In this document: one piece after another, positions 32,215 to 44,076 of the stretch
Layout of the letters: every line of letters begins with the position of its first letter
How positions within the stretch are numbered: position 1 is the stretch's first letter
Source of the DNA: a virus
Lineage: Duplodnaviria > Caudoviricetes
DNA: 64,000 bases
Direction: 5' to 3' (one strand)
IMG/VR virus record: IMGVR_UViG_3300031555_001696
The notes under the pieces: model-generated
Databases searched by the model: none
Seen by the model: the letters and a program-made list of their open reading frames with translations, nothing else
Told to the model about the DNA's origin: nothing
Position numbers and translations under genes: made by a program

Positions 32215-33231
32215 GTGAAAGATGTGCTCAATAAAATCAAAGAACAGCTTATAGAACAACCAGAGAAATTAGTTGACTTGTTGTCAAATTTTGGCTTTGA
32301 GCACATTAATCACCGAGGAAGTGAGATCCGCTTTGCTAGAGATTGGCAAGGCGGCTCCAATATATCTATTAGATTAAAAAACAACCCATATTGCTGTGTT
32401 TCTGACTGGTCAAGAGGTATAAGCACTGATATTATAAGCTACATAATACAGGAAAAAAGTGTTCATTTCCGTGAGGTTTTACAGGCTGCAAAGAAAATTT
32501 TAAACCTTGCGGATGATTGGAGACCACAACAGAGACGTGAACTTTTTGGTGGCATTTATAGTGGATTGTTATGCCAGAATAGAGAGGTCAAACTAAAAAC
32601 TTATGATGAATCAATACTAAACAAATATGAAAGATGTGGAAATTTAAGATTTTTGCGAGATGGAATTAGTTTAGATGCGCAAAAATTTTTTAATATAAGA
32701 TTTTCTGTCGAAGACAATGCCATCATTTTGCCACTGCACAATGAATTTGGAGATTTAGTAGGCGTTAAGGCAAGAATCAATGGAGAACCTCAAGAAGGCG
32801 AAAGCAAATATTATTATCCTGTGCCAACACAAGTAAGCCAAACATTATATGGATATGATGCAAATTATCAATATTTATATGGCAATGATATTATTGTGGC
32901 AGAATCTGAAAAAGCAGTTGCTCAAGCGTATACTTTTGGCGTAAGGAATATCGTAGGAATTGGGTCAAGTGCTGTTAGTGAAAAACAGAGTAAGCTATTA
33001 TTGCAATTACAACCAAAGAGAATTATTTTGGCATTTGATGAAGGTCTGGCATTTGAGCAAATACAAAGGAATGCAGATATAATTAAAAGTCATTGCGGTA
33101 TATTCGAGGTTGAAATTTGGTACTGGGATGCTGATCAAGATTTAGATATCCCAAGTAAGTCAAGCATGACGGATTTAGGGCGAGAAAAGTTTGATGAAAT
33201 TATGGGCGAACAATTGGTAAGAATATATTAA
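32215..33231 (+). CDS. DNA primase (TOPRIM)
   Basis: VAESEK and LAFDEG TOPRIM motifs; sits between helicase and RecJ. Confidence 0.8.
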   Translation: MKDVLNKIKEQLIEQPEKLVDLLSNFGFEHINHRGSEIRFARDWQGGSNISIRLKNNPYCCVSDWSRGISTDIISYIIQEKSVHFREVLQAAKKILNLADDWRPQQRRELFGGIYSGLLCQNREVKLKTYDESILNKYERCGNLRFLRDGISLDAQKFFNIRFSVEDNAIILPLHNEFGDLVGVKARINGEPQEGESKYYYPVPTQVSQTLYGYDANYQYLYGNDIIVAESEKAVAQAYTFGVRNIVGIGSSAVSEKQSKLLLQLQPKRIILAFDEGLAFEQIQRNADIIKSHCGIFEVEIWYWDADQDLDIPSKSSMTDLGREKFDEIMGEQLVRIY

Positions 33232-33243
33232 TGAGGTGATTTA

Positions 33244-34896
33244 GTGGAAAAGAAATGGAATATACGGCACGATTGTCGTGGAATGGAAACAAATGAAATT
33301 ATAGATGTTATTTTAGCAGACAGAGGTGTAGAAGATTCAATGGCGCTGCTGTATCCGAATGATGATTGTCTTGTGCCGTTTGAAAAAATGAAGAATATAG
33401 ATAGAGCGGCTAAAATTATTACTAAAAATATTGAAAATGATGGTAGTTTTTTTGTGCATTTTGACTGTGACGTTGACGGAATTTCTGCAGGATCTGTTGC
33501 AGTACGTTGGTTAAGAAACCATACAGATAGAGTGTTATATGGAATTAATCAAGGCAAAGAGCACGGAATTGCAAACCTAGATCTTGAGTTGTTAAAAGAT
33601 GTGGATGTTTTGTGGATTGTAGATTCTATTGAAACAAAAATGTTTCCTTATGAAAGAATTCTAAAGGATTGGAATGGTCAAATTATCATAACAGATCACC
33701 ACCTGTTATCTACTGGTATGCAAAAGCAAATGGAAAGAACAGGTCAAATTACTCTAGTAAGTTCCGCAGTAGATTATCCGAATCCTGCCCTTAGTGGAAG
33801 CGCAACAACATGGAAGTTATGTGCGTATATGGATTGGCTAGAATTAGATGATTATAGCGATGATCTTGTAGATTTAGCCTGCGCTGGTTTAGTTGCGGAT
33901 ATGTGCGATGTGGGTGTAGAATCTCCAGAAAACAGATATATTTGTTACAAAGGGTTTTCCAATCAAGTAAATCCTGCGCTTAAGAAAATTAATGGATCTT
34001 ATGAATTTAATTCTGGTGCGGTTAGCTTCGGTGTTGCACCTCTTATTAATGCAGCCAACAGACTCTCAGAAAATGAAAAGGCAATGAATCTTTTCTTGTC
34101 TGAAAATTCTAAAGAAATTACAAAGTTAGTTAATGACTTAAAGTATTGCAAGGAGTATCAAAACATAGAAATCGCAGATGTTATGCCAGATCTAGAATCG
34201 CAGGCGGAATCTCAAATGGATAAGAAGGTTATGTTTTTCTTTACTGAAACAAATGCTGAGGTAAAAGGTTTAATCGGAAACAAGTTGCTTGAGAAGTATC
34301 AGCGTCCAGTTATTGTTCTCAGCAGCAGAATTACGGTAAATGAAGAGACTGGCGAAATTGAAAAACATGAATATTTCGGATCGGCTCGTGCAGTTGGCGT
34401 AAAGAACTTCAAAGAATATATGGATAACACCGGGATGTGCGGAACTGGTGGGCACGAGAACGCGTGTGGCGTGTGGCTAGACGCAGAAGTTCTACAAGAT
34501 TTTCAAAATTCTCTTGAAGACGCTCTGAAAGATGTAGCGTTCGTACAAGAAACGACGGTAGACATCCAGATTGACCAAGAGCAAATTACTGACGATTTAA
34601 TTAGGCAATTAAAGATGCTAAATAGAATCTCTGGACAAGGCTGGCCGCAGATTTCTGTTATGGTAAGTGGAATTACGGACTATCAGGTTGGTGCAATGAG
34701 TAATATGAAACATTTGAAACTTATTGCCGACAAAGGCAAACTTTTGTACATAAAATGGAATTTTTCCGGGGATTGGGACCAGTTTGATGGACCAGTTAGT
34801 GCTATTGGAACGCTTGATAATGGTTTTTTTGGTCGGACTTACTATCGGCAGTTAATCATGTCAGATTTTAAGGTTGACAATTTGGAAGATTTATGA
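33244..34896 (+). CDS. recJ: RecJ-like ssDNA exonuclease (DHH family)
   Basis: DCDVDG, TDHH, APLINAANRL, GSAR and GGHENACG motifs. Confidence 0.9.
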   Translation: MEKKWNIRHDCRGMETNEIIDVILADRGVEDSMALLYPNDDCLVPFEKMKNIDRAAKIITKNIENDGSFFVHFDCDVDGISAGSVAVRWLRNHTDRVLYGINQGKEHGIANLDLELLKDVDVLWIVDSIETKMFPYERILKDWNGQIIITDHHLLSTGMQKQMERTGQITLVSSAVDYPNPALSGSATTWKLCAYMDWLELDDYSDDLVDLACAGLVADMCDVGVESPENRYICYKGFSNQVNPALKKINGSYEFNSGAVSFGVAPLINAANRLSENEKAMNLFLSENSKEITKLVNDLKYCKEYQNIEIADVMPDLESQAESQMDKKVMFFFTETNAEVKGLIGNKLLEKYQRPVIVLSSRITVNEETGEIEKHEYFGSARAVGVKNFKEYMDNTGMCGTGGHENACGVWLDAEVLQDFQNSLEDALKDVAFVQETTVDIQIDQEQITDDLIRQLKMLNRISGQGWPQISVMVSGITDYQVGAMSNMKHLKLIADKGKLLYIKWNFSGDWDQFDGPVSAIGTLDNGFFGRTYYRQLIMSDFKVDNLEDL

Positions 34897-34928
34897 TATA
34901 ACAATACAAAATTAATGGAGGTGAGCTG

Positions 34929-37900
34929 ATGCAAAATTATCATCGTCATACATCTTATAGCGAAGGTGATAGTGCAGCAATGCCAGAAGATTATGCAAAA
35001 AGAGCCGTAGAACTTGGGCATAAAGTTATCAGTAGTGTAGAACATGGATGGCAAGGCTATTATCATGCAGCCTTTGAACTTGCTAAAAAATACGATCTTA
35101 AATTTGTGTTCGGAACAGAGGCATACTGGGTGAAAGATCGTCAAAAAGAATATGAAGAACGAGACAAGATCACTGGAGAGATTAAACTAACAAAAGACGG
35201 CACTCCTAGAATGGCAAAGGATAGAAGCAATAACCACATAATTATTCTTGCTAAAAACGAAACGGGTAGAAGAGCCATCAATCGTATTCTGTCAGATGCC
35301 AATGAAACTGGATATTATTACAAACCTAGATTGGATCTAGATTTGATTTTTTCTTTACCTCCTAATGATGTGTTTATTACAACTGCCTGCGTTGGCTTTT
35401 GGTCATATGAGGATTCCGACGATATTGTGGTAAGATTACATAATCACTTCAAAAACAACTTCATGTTGGAAATTCAAAATCACAATACAGATAAACAAAA
35501 ACAGTTAAATCAACATATTAAAGAATTGGCGGAGAAGTATAATATTGAAATGATCGTTGGGCTTGATAGTCATTATATTTATCCTGAACAATCCGTAGAA
35601 AGAGACGACATTTTGGCAGGTAGAAATATTAAGTTTGATGATAACGAAATTGGATGGTATATGGACTATCCAGATGATGAAACTGTTCGTCATCGGTTTA
35701 GAGAACAAGGTGTTTTTGATGACGCTACCGTTCAAAAAGCAATGGACAATACGGACATTTTATTGACGTTTGATGATTATGATAATGTACCTGTTTTTAC
35801 TACAGATATCAAATTACCTACGCTTTATCCAGACAAAACTCAAGCAGAACGCAATAAAATCTATAGTACACTTATTAGTAAACTCTTTAAGGAATATATG
35901 AAAGATGTTCCAAAAGAACAGTATAAAGAGTATTTTGAGGGCGTTAAACAAGAAGTATCTGTTTACAAAGAAACAGGAATGGTTGACTATCCACTCATTG
36001 ACTATGCAATTATCAAAAGAGGCGTAGAAAAAGGCGGTCTGATTACCACAACAGGAAGAGGATCTGCGGTTGGTTATTTTACCAACACTCTATGTGGTTT
36101 TAGTAAGGTAGATAGATTTATTTCTCCAATTAAGCTATATCCAGAAAGATTTATTAGTAAAACTAGAATTCTTGAGACTAAATCGTTACCGGACTTGGAC
36201 ATGAACCTTGGCACGGTGGAGATTTTTGCAGAGGCACAGGAAGAAATTCTAGGCAAAGACCATGCTTATCCAATGATTGCTTTTGGTACTCTAAAAAAGA
36301 AATCTGCATTTAAGCTCTATGCTCGTGCCAACAATCTTGATTTTGAAATTGCCAATGCTATTTCTAGACAAATTGAAAAATACGATGAAGCGGTAAAATA
36401 TGCGGACGATGATGAAAAAGACGATATTGATATTTATGATTATGTAGATGAAGAATATCGTGAATACATAGAAAATAGTGAAAAATATTGGGGTGTTATT
36501 GATCATAAAAATAAAGCTCCATGCGCTTATCTTCTGTATCAAGGCAGCATTCGAGAAGAAATCGGTTTAATTAAATGTAAGAGTGAAAGTACGAAGAAAG
36601 AATATATTACGACTGTAATTGATGGTGCTATTGCTGAAAAGTATAAATTCCTCAAGAACGACCTATTAAAGGTAGATGTGGTAATGCTAATTGATATGAT
36701 CTATAAAAGAATTGGCATTCCAGTGCATTCAGCTACTGAAATCAGCAAACTCGTTGAAAACAATCAAAAAGTTTGGGATATTTATGCAAATGGTTATACA
36801 ATTGGTGTCAACCAATGCGAAAAAGAATCAGCAATGAAAAAACTTAGAAAATATCAACCTAAGAATATTTCTGAGCTATGTGCGTGGATTGCGGCAATTC
36901 GTCCAGCGTTTAAGTCTATGTATTCTAAGTTTGAATCTAGGGAATCATTTGAGTATGGAATTAATGCGTTTGATAAAATTCTGCAAACACCACAGTTCCC
37001 ATATTCGTACATTCTATATCAAGAGCAGACCATGAACACTTTGAACTATGCGGGATTTCCTCTGGACGAGTGTTATGGTATCATTAAAGCTATTGCGAAG
37101 AAACATCCAGAAAAAGTTAAGCCGTTAAAAGATCGCTTTATTGAAGGATTTAAGAACAGAATTATTCAAGACGATAATGTAGACCCAGATAAAGCACAGG
37201 AGATGAGTGAAAAAGTATGGCAAATCATTGATGATTCATGTGGATACGGATTTAATTCAGCACATGCTTATTGTATGGCTCTCGATAGCTTATATTGTGC
37301 ATGGCTAAAAGCAAATTATCCATACGAGTTTTATGAAGTATTGATGCAAGTTTATTCTGACAAGGGTAAAAAAGATAAAGTTCAGGCACTAAAACAAGAA
37401 ATGAGAGTAGCTTTTGGCATTGAAGAAGGCGAGTATAAATTTGGTGCAGATAATAGGCATTTTGTAGCAGATAAAGAAAAACATTGTATTTATCCATCTC
37501 TATTGTCAATTAAGGGGCTTAGTCAAGGATGTGCTAATGATCTTTATGAACTATCTCAGAATAATAAGTTTGATAACTTCTATGATTTATGGAAAGCCAT
37601 AAACTCAGTTAAAACTCTTAATTCTGCTAAAATTGCAACTCTGATTAAAATGGATTATTTTAAAGATTTTGGTGGTATTGAAAAAATAGAAGAATTTATG
37701 AAAGCAATTGAAAATCTGCATGGAAAGAGCCAGTTTAAAAAAGACAAACTTCCAGATCAGTATGCCGATATAATTAAAAAGTATACAGAAGAGACAGATA
37801 AGACATATCGTAAATTTGATTATGATGCTGCCTTGTATGAAATTTTAAATAACATTCCAGATAAAGAAACCAGTGTTAAGAAACTTATTCAATATCAAAA

Positions 37901-38201
37901 TGATTTGTTTGGATACGTAACATATAAAAACCCGAAATTAAAAAATATTGGTTTGGTAACTTCCATTGACGTAAGATATAGTCCAAGGGTTAATATTTAT
38001 ATGCTTGATACTGGAGAGGAAATCAGCGTTAAAGTTCCAAAACAATCCTATCAGAAGCAACCTTTCGATTCTGGCTCTATCTTAAAATTTTACACCGAAG
38101 ACCGGCCTCGTAATATCAAGGTTAACGGAGAATGGCAAAAGGATTATAGTACTATGGAGAAATGGATCACCTCATACATCATCAAACACGCAGATTTATA
38201 A
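34929..38201 (+). CDS. dnaE: DNA polymerase III alpha subunit (DnaE-type)
   Basis: PHP HRHTSYS, GRGSAVG, PDLDMN, LKNDLL and YGFNSAHAYCMA motifs; 1090 aa. Confidence 0.95.
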   Translation: MQNYHRHTSYSEGDSAAMPEDYAKRAVELGHKVISSVEHGWQGYYHAAFELAKKYDLKFVFGTEAYWVKDRQKEYEERDKITGEIKLTKDGTPRMAKDRSNNHIIILAKNETGRRAINRILSDANETGYYYKPRLDLDLIFSLPPNDVFITTACVGFWSYEDSDDIVVRLHNHFKNNFMLEIQNHNTDKQKQLNQHIKELAEKYNIEMIVGLDSHYIYPEQSVERDDILAGRNIKFDDNEIGWYMDYPDDETVRHRFREQGVFDDATVQKAMDNTDILLTFDDYDNVPVFTTDIKLPTLYPDKTQAERNKIYSTLISKLFKEYMKDVPKEQYKEYFEGVKQEVSVYKETGMVDYPLIDYAIIKRGVEKGGLITTTGRGSAVGYFTNTLCGFSKVDRFISPIKLYPERFISKTRILETKSLPDLDMNLGTVEIFAEAQEEILGKDHAYPMIAFGTLKKKSAFKLYARANNLDFEIANAISRQIEKYDEAVKYADDDEKDDIDIYDYVDEEYREYIENSEKYWGVIDHKNKAPCAYLLYQGSIREEIGLIKCKSESTKKEYITTVIDGAIAEKYKFLKNDLLKVDVVMLIDMIYKRIGIPVHSATEISKLVENNQKVWDIYANGYTIGVNQCEKESAMKKLRKYQPKNISELCAWIAAIRPAFKSMYSKFESRESFEYGINAFDKILQTPQFPYSYILYQEQTMNTLNYAGFPLDECYGIIKAIAKKHPEKVKPLKDRFIEGFKNRIIQDDNVDPDKAQEMSEKVWQIIDDSCGYGFNSAHAYCMALDSLYCAWLKANYPYEFYEVLMQVYSDKGKKDKVQALKQEMRVAFGIEEGEYKFGADNRHFVADKEKHCIYPSLLSIKGLSQGCANDLYELSQNNKFDNFYDLWKAINSVKTLNSAKIATLIKMDYFKDFGGIEKIEEFMKAIENLHGKSQFKKDKLPDQYADIIKKYTEETDKTYRKFDYDAALYEILNNIPDKETSVKKLIQYQNDLFGYVTYKNPKLKNIGLVTSIDVRYSPRVNIYMLDTGEEISVKVPKQSYQKQPFDSGSILKFYTEDRPRNIKVNGEWQKDYSTMEKWITSYIIKHADL

Positions 38202-38210
38202 AAAATAACC

Positions 38211-38247
38211 AATTAGGCAGAGTGAAATTTAGTAACTTTGCCTAATT
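38211..38247 (+). terminator. Hairpin after dnaE (terminator)
   Basis: AATTAGGCAGAGT / ACTTTGCCTAATT inverted repeat. Confidence 0.6.
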
Positions 38248-38314
38248 GACTTTTGGAAAATTTTTGTTATAATAACAGTACAAAATTAATAACCAAGATG
38301 TTGTGGAATAAGAG

Positions 38315-41300
38315 GTGATTATAATGATTATCGTTCCTTTTCGGTATCGCCCCAGGACTTATAGAAAACAAATTCATAAAACATCAGAAATAGTTGGAGT
38401 TACTTGCAAAGTTATAATAATTATATCTTTTTTGGAAAAATGGATTCCATGTGTAAAAGAATGCATGATAGACGGCGAACCCACTATTCGTTTTGATTCT
38501 CAATACAAAAAAGGAGAACAATATGGGTTTGAAGTAAAAGTTAGGTTAAGTAAAAAAGAATATGAAAATAATCAACTAAACCTAAAAGATTACGTTTGTG
38601 AAAAAGTGAAGGAACAGAGTGACTATCAAAATATTCTTAATGATTGCATAGAAAAATATGCAGATGGCAGAGAGTATACGGTGGAAACATTTATGCCTGA
38701 TGATCCAGACGCTATTGATATTAAATGGGTTCATCATGAATGCGAAGAATATGTTCCTATTTAAGTCTTACAATACAAAATTTAAGAGGTGATAATTGAT
38801 GAGATGGATTATTGATTATATTCGTTCTTGTTTTTGCAAGCACGAAATGGAACTTCTATGGGAGTATAATAAGCCGAGCAGTTGCTATTATTGGGCTGTT
38901 TTTAGATGCAAAAAGTGTGGCTATATTCAAAAGATTAGCCATTAAAAATAAAATTTTAAGAGGTAAAATTATGGATAGATTTACATGGAAAGCACCTGAC
39001 GAAACATACCAAATTGATGATTACAAAGTAGTTCATACAGTAACTTGTTTTGACGAAGATTTTAAGAACGTATTTACCATTTATGAAGGAGTTGCAATTG
39101 ACAAGCTTGGCCAGTATGAAGATTTAGAAGAGCAAGATAGATTATTAGTTTTGCCGTGTAAAATTGGAACAAAGGTGTATAGAATTGTTCCAGACCGTTC
39201 AGTTGTTTGGCCTGACCAAACAGAATACAAAGTAATATGGGATAGTTTTAAATTAAATGATATTTATGAATTTGGCAAAACCGTATTTCTTGATGAAGAA
39301 GAAGCAAAAATTGCATCAAAGAACAAATCAAAATGAAGTTTTAAGTGGTGAGAATATATGTTATTTTTATATAGAATTTTTTGTGGTTTAATCTCTGGCG
39401 TTCTAGTAGATACATCATGGGAAAATGCTAGGGATAGAGTAAGAGAATATTATAAAGATGACAAACAGTATTTGGAATATTGGGAAAAAGAAAAGAGATT
39501 GTGTGGAGATGATAATGTCCCGCTGATTGAAATCTATGACCTGTCTGAACGATTTGAAGAGGACATTAATTATATCTTTCCACTTGTACTATAAAAATAT
39601 ACTTTAAGGAGTGATTATAAATGAGTATACAACTTAATCCCCTCGAACGCAACGAGTTAGAGAAAGCCATGCTTGGTCGAGGTGTAGACTACGAAACCGC
39701 ACAGCTGATTCTCAAAGACTTTGATGCGAGAGTAAAGAACTTAGATGCGGCGTATTCTGATCACGCACGAAGAGTGGCGCTCTTGGAGAGCATGAGACCG
39801 AAGGAGCCGATTCCTCTTAGGACAATTATTAGACCGTAAGGGTAGAGGTGAGACTTATGTATTTTATCACAGTTTTTGAAAAAATTGAACCCAGTGAAAT
39901 GTATCTCGCAGAGTTTGGAGATCAAAGAACCTGGGGCTATTATCCAGAGTATGAATATGCGGCAGAAGTTTTGCATGAAAACGTAACCGATATGCACGAA
40001 GGTTGTTATGAATACGCTCTTATTGAAAATATTGACTATGGTATCTGCGCTATTGCGGATGAACGCCAGTGGTTTAAGTGGGATGCAGAAAAGCGTGGAT
40101 ATTTTGAGATTGAAGAGCCTGAATGCGTAAAGCAGATTTGCAATTTTGCAATTGGGTAATAAAAGTAAAGTTTAAGAGGTGTGTTTATGAAAGAGATGAG
40201 ATGTAAGGTTTGCAATCATAAGTTTGAAAGATTTACATACTTCGTTGTTGGACATGAAGATGATGGTGAAGAAATTTATATGTGCGAAAACTGTTTCTTT
40301 GAACTGGCATTAAATAAGTTGAATTGCAAATCGGTTAAAATGGATTATAATTGTGAAAATTATTATGACCCAGTTCTTGATTTTGAAGATGATTTTTAAC
40401 ACATAAAAGAAGATTTTTAAGTGGAGGATTATAAATGATTTGGATTATTATTGGTGGCATTGTATGTATAGCGGTAATTATCAATATCTGTTGCGACACA
40501 TGGAATGATTTGTGCTATAAGTTTTTCTATTCACTTATTACGATTATGCTTTCTTTCTGCATTACTGGATTTGTTCTGTTTGGTGCTAGTGGTATAACGA
40601 GTTGTATCGCAGAGATTGAATATGATGCTGTTTCGGATACAAAGATTATTGCATTAAAGGACAATCAAAATGTGAACGGAAGTTTCTATATTTTGGGTGG
40701 TTATGTAGACGAAGACCTATATTACTACTACGCTACTGAAACAGAGTTTGGTTACAAGACGGAAAAAATGAAAGCTGACAACGCATATATTAAGTATACC
40801 GATAATGAACCGCATATTGAAAGATATGTCGGAGATTTTGCAAATGAAGGTGCTTACTTCTGGGGTTTCCCGATGTGCGATGACAGATACATTATCTATG
40901 TACCCGAAGGTACTGTAACGAATGAGTTCAATGTTGACTTGGAATAAAATTCTTGTTTTAAGAGGTAAGGTTATGGGAACTGAAATATTTACATGGGCAT
41001 TTGATGAATTCAAGGAACGAGAAGTGCGTGTTATTGAATCACCAGAACTTCCCATGTTAGTAGCTGAAAGCGACAATGCGTACAAGCGTGGAAATCGTAG
41101 CAAGATTACTGTTGTAAAACGCTTTCCAATTTTGTATCGGTTTGTCGAATATGAGCAGGAGAACAAATAATAAAATTCTCATTTTAAAATAGGTGTAAGA
41201 TTATGGACAAAAATTGTGTGGAAGATATTTGCAGAGTATTAAATGATATTGTTTTTGCGTTTGAAATTCTAAACTATAAAAACAACTCTTATATTAATAG

Positions 41301-42694
41301 CATTGTAAAAGAATTAAAATCAGATATTGAAGAGATAGAAAATAAATATACATAAAATAGGATTTTTATGAGGTAATACATATGATTGATTATAAAAATA
41401 CAATTAAGCAATTGGAATCTTGCGTTTTTACTTGCATTAATCCAAAGCTTGCAAAGGAAGCGGCAACAACTATTCGGTTTTTGGCAGAACAATTAGATAA
41501 GGCAGAACAATGTATTTACGCCATCGAAGACGCACTTGACAGAGGAAACGATAACGATTGGGCAAGAGAAGCAATTGCAGAATATGAAAACGGACAATTA
41601 AAACAATATAATGGGTGGAAAATATGACTAACGAAGAACGGGTGAGAAAAGAAATTCTTACAACAAAAGCTCTTGCAAGATACTTGGTCGTCTACAATGA
41701 TGATTGGGGAATGTATTATACAAGTGATGGCAACGGATTCTATTGGAAAGAAGATGCGATTAACTATGAAATAAAGTGGTTGAAAAGTGAAATTGACACA
41801 TAAAAGAAGACTGTTAAGAGAGGCGGAATAACTTATGCTAGACAGTTATAACAGTATCTTTGGATATAATATTATCGGAGTACCATATATGGCAGATCTC
41901 GTACGAGCCCGTACACATAAGAAAAAGCGTATTAATAAAAAGTGGCGCAAGCGTTATGGCGTTAGGGAAGTGCCGTGGAATAAATTTTATATCGAGGGGA
42001 GCAGGATTTATTGCCATCCGAAGATGATTGAAACAATTAAAGCTGAAATTTATATGAGGTAGTTTTATATGATTAAAAGGAATTGGACCCAAAAGCTATT
42101 TGGTTATTGTCCTTGCTGTGGCAAATGGTTTCGCAGAGTAAGAACAGAAAGAAGATTAACTAGATATATAGACGATGCAGCTAATTGGTTGATTGCATGT
42201 AAAACATGCCAAGATCATGATGATGAATATTGGTCCGCTATGTGGGAAGATTATTATGGGAGTATTTAGAGGAGGAATGATTGATGGGCCTTGACAACGG
42301 TATTGAGGTAAGGCGCACGCCCGAAGCTAATAAAATTGCAGAACTTACTATTTTTAACAAGGATTATGACAAAGAACTAAAATATGATTTCGAAATTTGT
42401 TATTGGAGGAAATGCTGGGGTCTAAGGAATGATATCCTGTTCCTTATCGGAAAAAGATGGGCTCCTGAAGAAGAGTATGAGTTTGCTCTAACCAAGAACG
42501 ATGTAGATAGCATTATTGAACTTCTAGGTTCTTACAACGAAGACACCTGGGAGGACTCTATTTGGGAATGGACTTCAGATGAAGACGGATGGTCTTATTC
42601 TGAGCGTATTAAGCAGGATATTGAGTCGCTCAAACTGCTGCGTCAACTTATGGATAGGTATGAACTAGAAGTATATTTTTACGATTCGTATTGA
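38315..42694 (+). other. Array of small accessory genes (e.g. 38315-38764, 38971-39336, 39358-39594, 39621-39839, 39848-40159, 40181-40399, 40435-40947 membrane protein, 41382-41627, 41615-41803, 41835-42062, 42069-42269, 42281-42694)
   Basis: Contiguous + strand ORFs with RBSs, many separated by the junction motif. Confidence 0.7.
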
Positions 42695-42703
42695 GGTGTA
42701 TGT

Positions 42704-43231
42704 ATGAATTTAACGAAAGTAAGTAAATATCTGGCTTTAATTCTACGTCACAAGCCGGAAACTATTGGAATTACTCTAGATAAAAATGGTTGGGCCAATG
42801 TAAAGGATCTCATCAAAGGCGTAAATAAAACTTACAAGTTGGACATAGCTATGCTAGAGGAAATTGTTGCAACAGATGATAAGCAACGATATTCTTTCAA
42901 TGAAGACAAGACATTAATTCGTGCAAATCAGGGACATTCCGTGGACGTTGATGTTGAGCTAGAAGAGGCAGTACCTCCAGAATATCTGTGGCATGGTACA
43001 GGAACAAAGTACGTAGAGAGTATCAGAAAGACTGGTCTTATCCCTAATTCTAGGCTATACGTACATATGTCGGAGAGTTATATGACTGCAATGGATACTG
43101 GTGCCAGACATGGCAAACCTATGGTATTTTGCGTGAAAGCGGAAGATATGTATAACGATGGTTATAAGTTTTATAAGTCTAAGAATGATGTTTGGCTTAC
43201 AAAATTTGTACCAGTAGAGTATTTGGGTTGA
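42704..43231 (+). CDS. kptA: RNA 2'-phosphotransferase (Tpt1/KptA)
   Basis: SKYLALILRHKP, DKQRY, IRANQGHS, HGT and RLYVHMS motifs. Confidence 0.93.
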   Translation: MNLTKVSKYLALILRHKPETIGITLDKNGWANVKDLIKGVNKTYKLDIAMLEEIVATDDKQRYSFNEDKTLIRANQGHSVDVDVELEEAVPPEYLWHGTGTKYVESIRKTGLIPNSRLYVHMSESYMTAMDTGARHGKPMVFCVKAEDMYNDGYKFYKSKNDVWLTKFVPVEYLG

Positions 43232-43262
43232 TGAATAAAAGCTGAATTTAAGAGGTAAGGTT

Positions 43263-43514
43263 ATGTTTATTGGAGATATTGTAAAACATTTCAAGTGGGA
43301 AACAATTTCTGATGAAGAAAGAAAACAAAATAAATATTTATATTGTATTAAAAATATTGCAGAGCATACAGAAACAGGAGAAAAGCTGATAGTGTATCAG
43401 GCAATGTATTTTCCGTTTAAGACTTATGCGAGACCATTTGAAATGTTTTTTGAAGAGGTAGACCATAACAAGTATCCAGATATTAAACAGAAGTACAGAT
43501 TTGAAGCATTTTAA
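43263..43514 (+). CDS. DUF1653-family protein
   Basis: KHFK...[17 protein letters not shown]...ARPFEMF...QKYRFE. Confidence 0.85.
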   Translation: MFIGDIVKHFKWETISDEERKQNKYLYCIKNIAEHTETGEKLIVYQAMYFPFKTYARPFEMFFEEVDHNKYPDIKQKYRFEAF

Positions 43515-44076
43515 TATATTAAAAGTTTAATTTTATGAGGTGACATATGCATTTAAGGTTTGTTGGAAAAGATAAATCAATGGGATTGTCTCGTGGTAGA
43601 GTGTATGATGTACGAATAAAAACAACAAATAACAATATTTGGGTTATAATTCCAAATATTCTTTTTGGTGCGTGGAAATGCCCGTATTCGTCTCCGCAAA
43701 GTTTTGCAGCAAATTGGGAGTCGGTATAAAAGATTAATTTTTAAGTAGGTGAAAGTAATGGAAAATACTTGTGTATGTTGTGGAGAAATCATTCCAGAGG
43801 GCATGCAGGTGTGCCATGCGTGTATGAGTGAAACTCCTATAGTTCCGCAGAGGCCGTATATGCAGTTTAATTGCCCGGAATGTGGAGCAAAACTGGAAGT
43901 ATGGTGCGATGCACTTGAGGATGAAACACCCGCAAAATTTGATAGTTTTTCATACGAGAAGCGGTATCTGATCAGACATTGTCGCAGTTGTGGATGTGAC
44001 TGGGAAAACGAGTGGTGGACTGAATGGGGCGATGTTGGCGAGTCGCAGTTGAGAAGAAAGTTTTGTGGATAAGAAG

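Larger units (their letters stand above)
38943..43743. repeat. Gene-junction motif TAAAA-N6-TTTTA, cluster 2 (about 12 copies)
   Basis: Exact copies at 38943, 40404, 40945, 41171, 41353 and 43520; near-exact at 39592, 40160, 41801, 43236, 43727 and ~39329. Confidence 0.65.
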
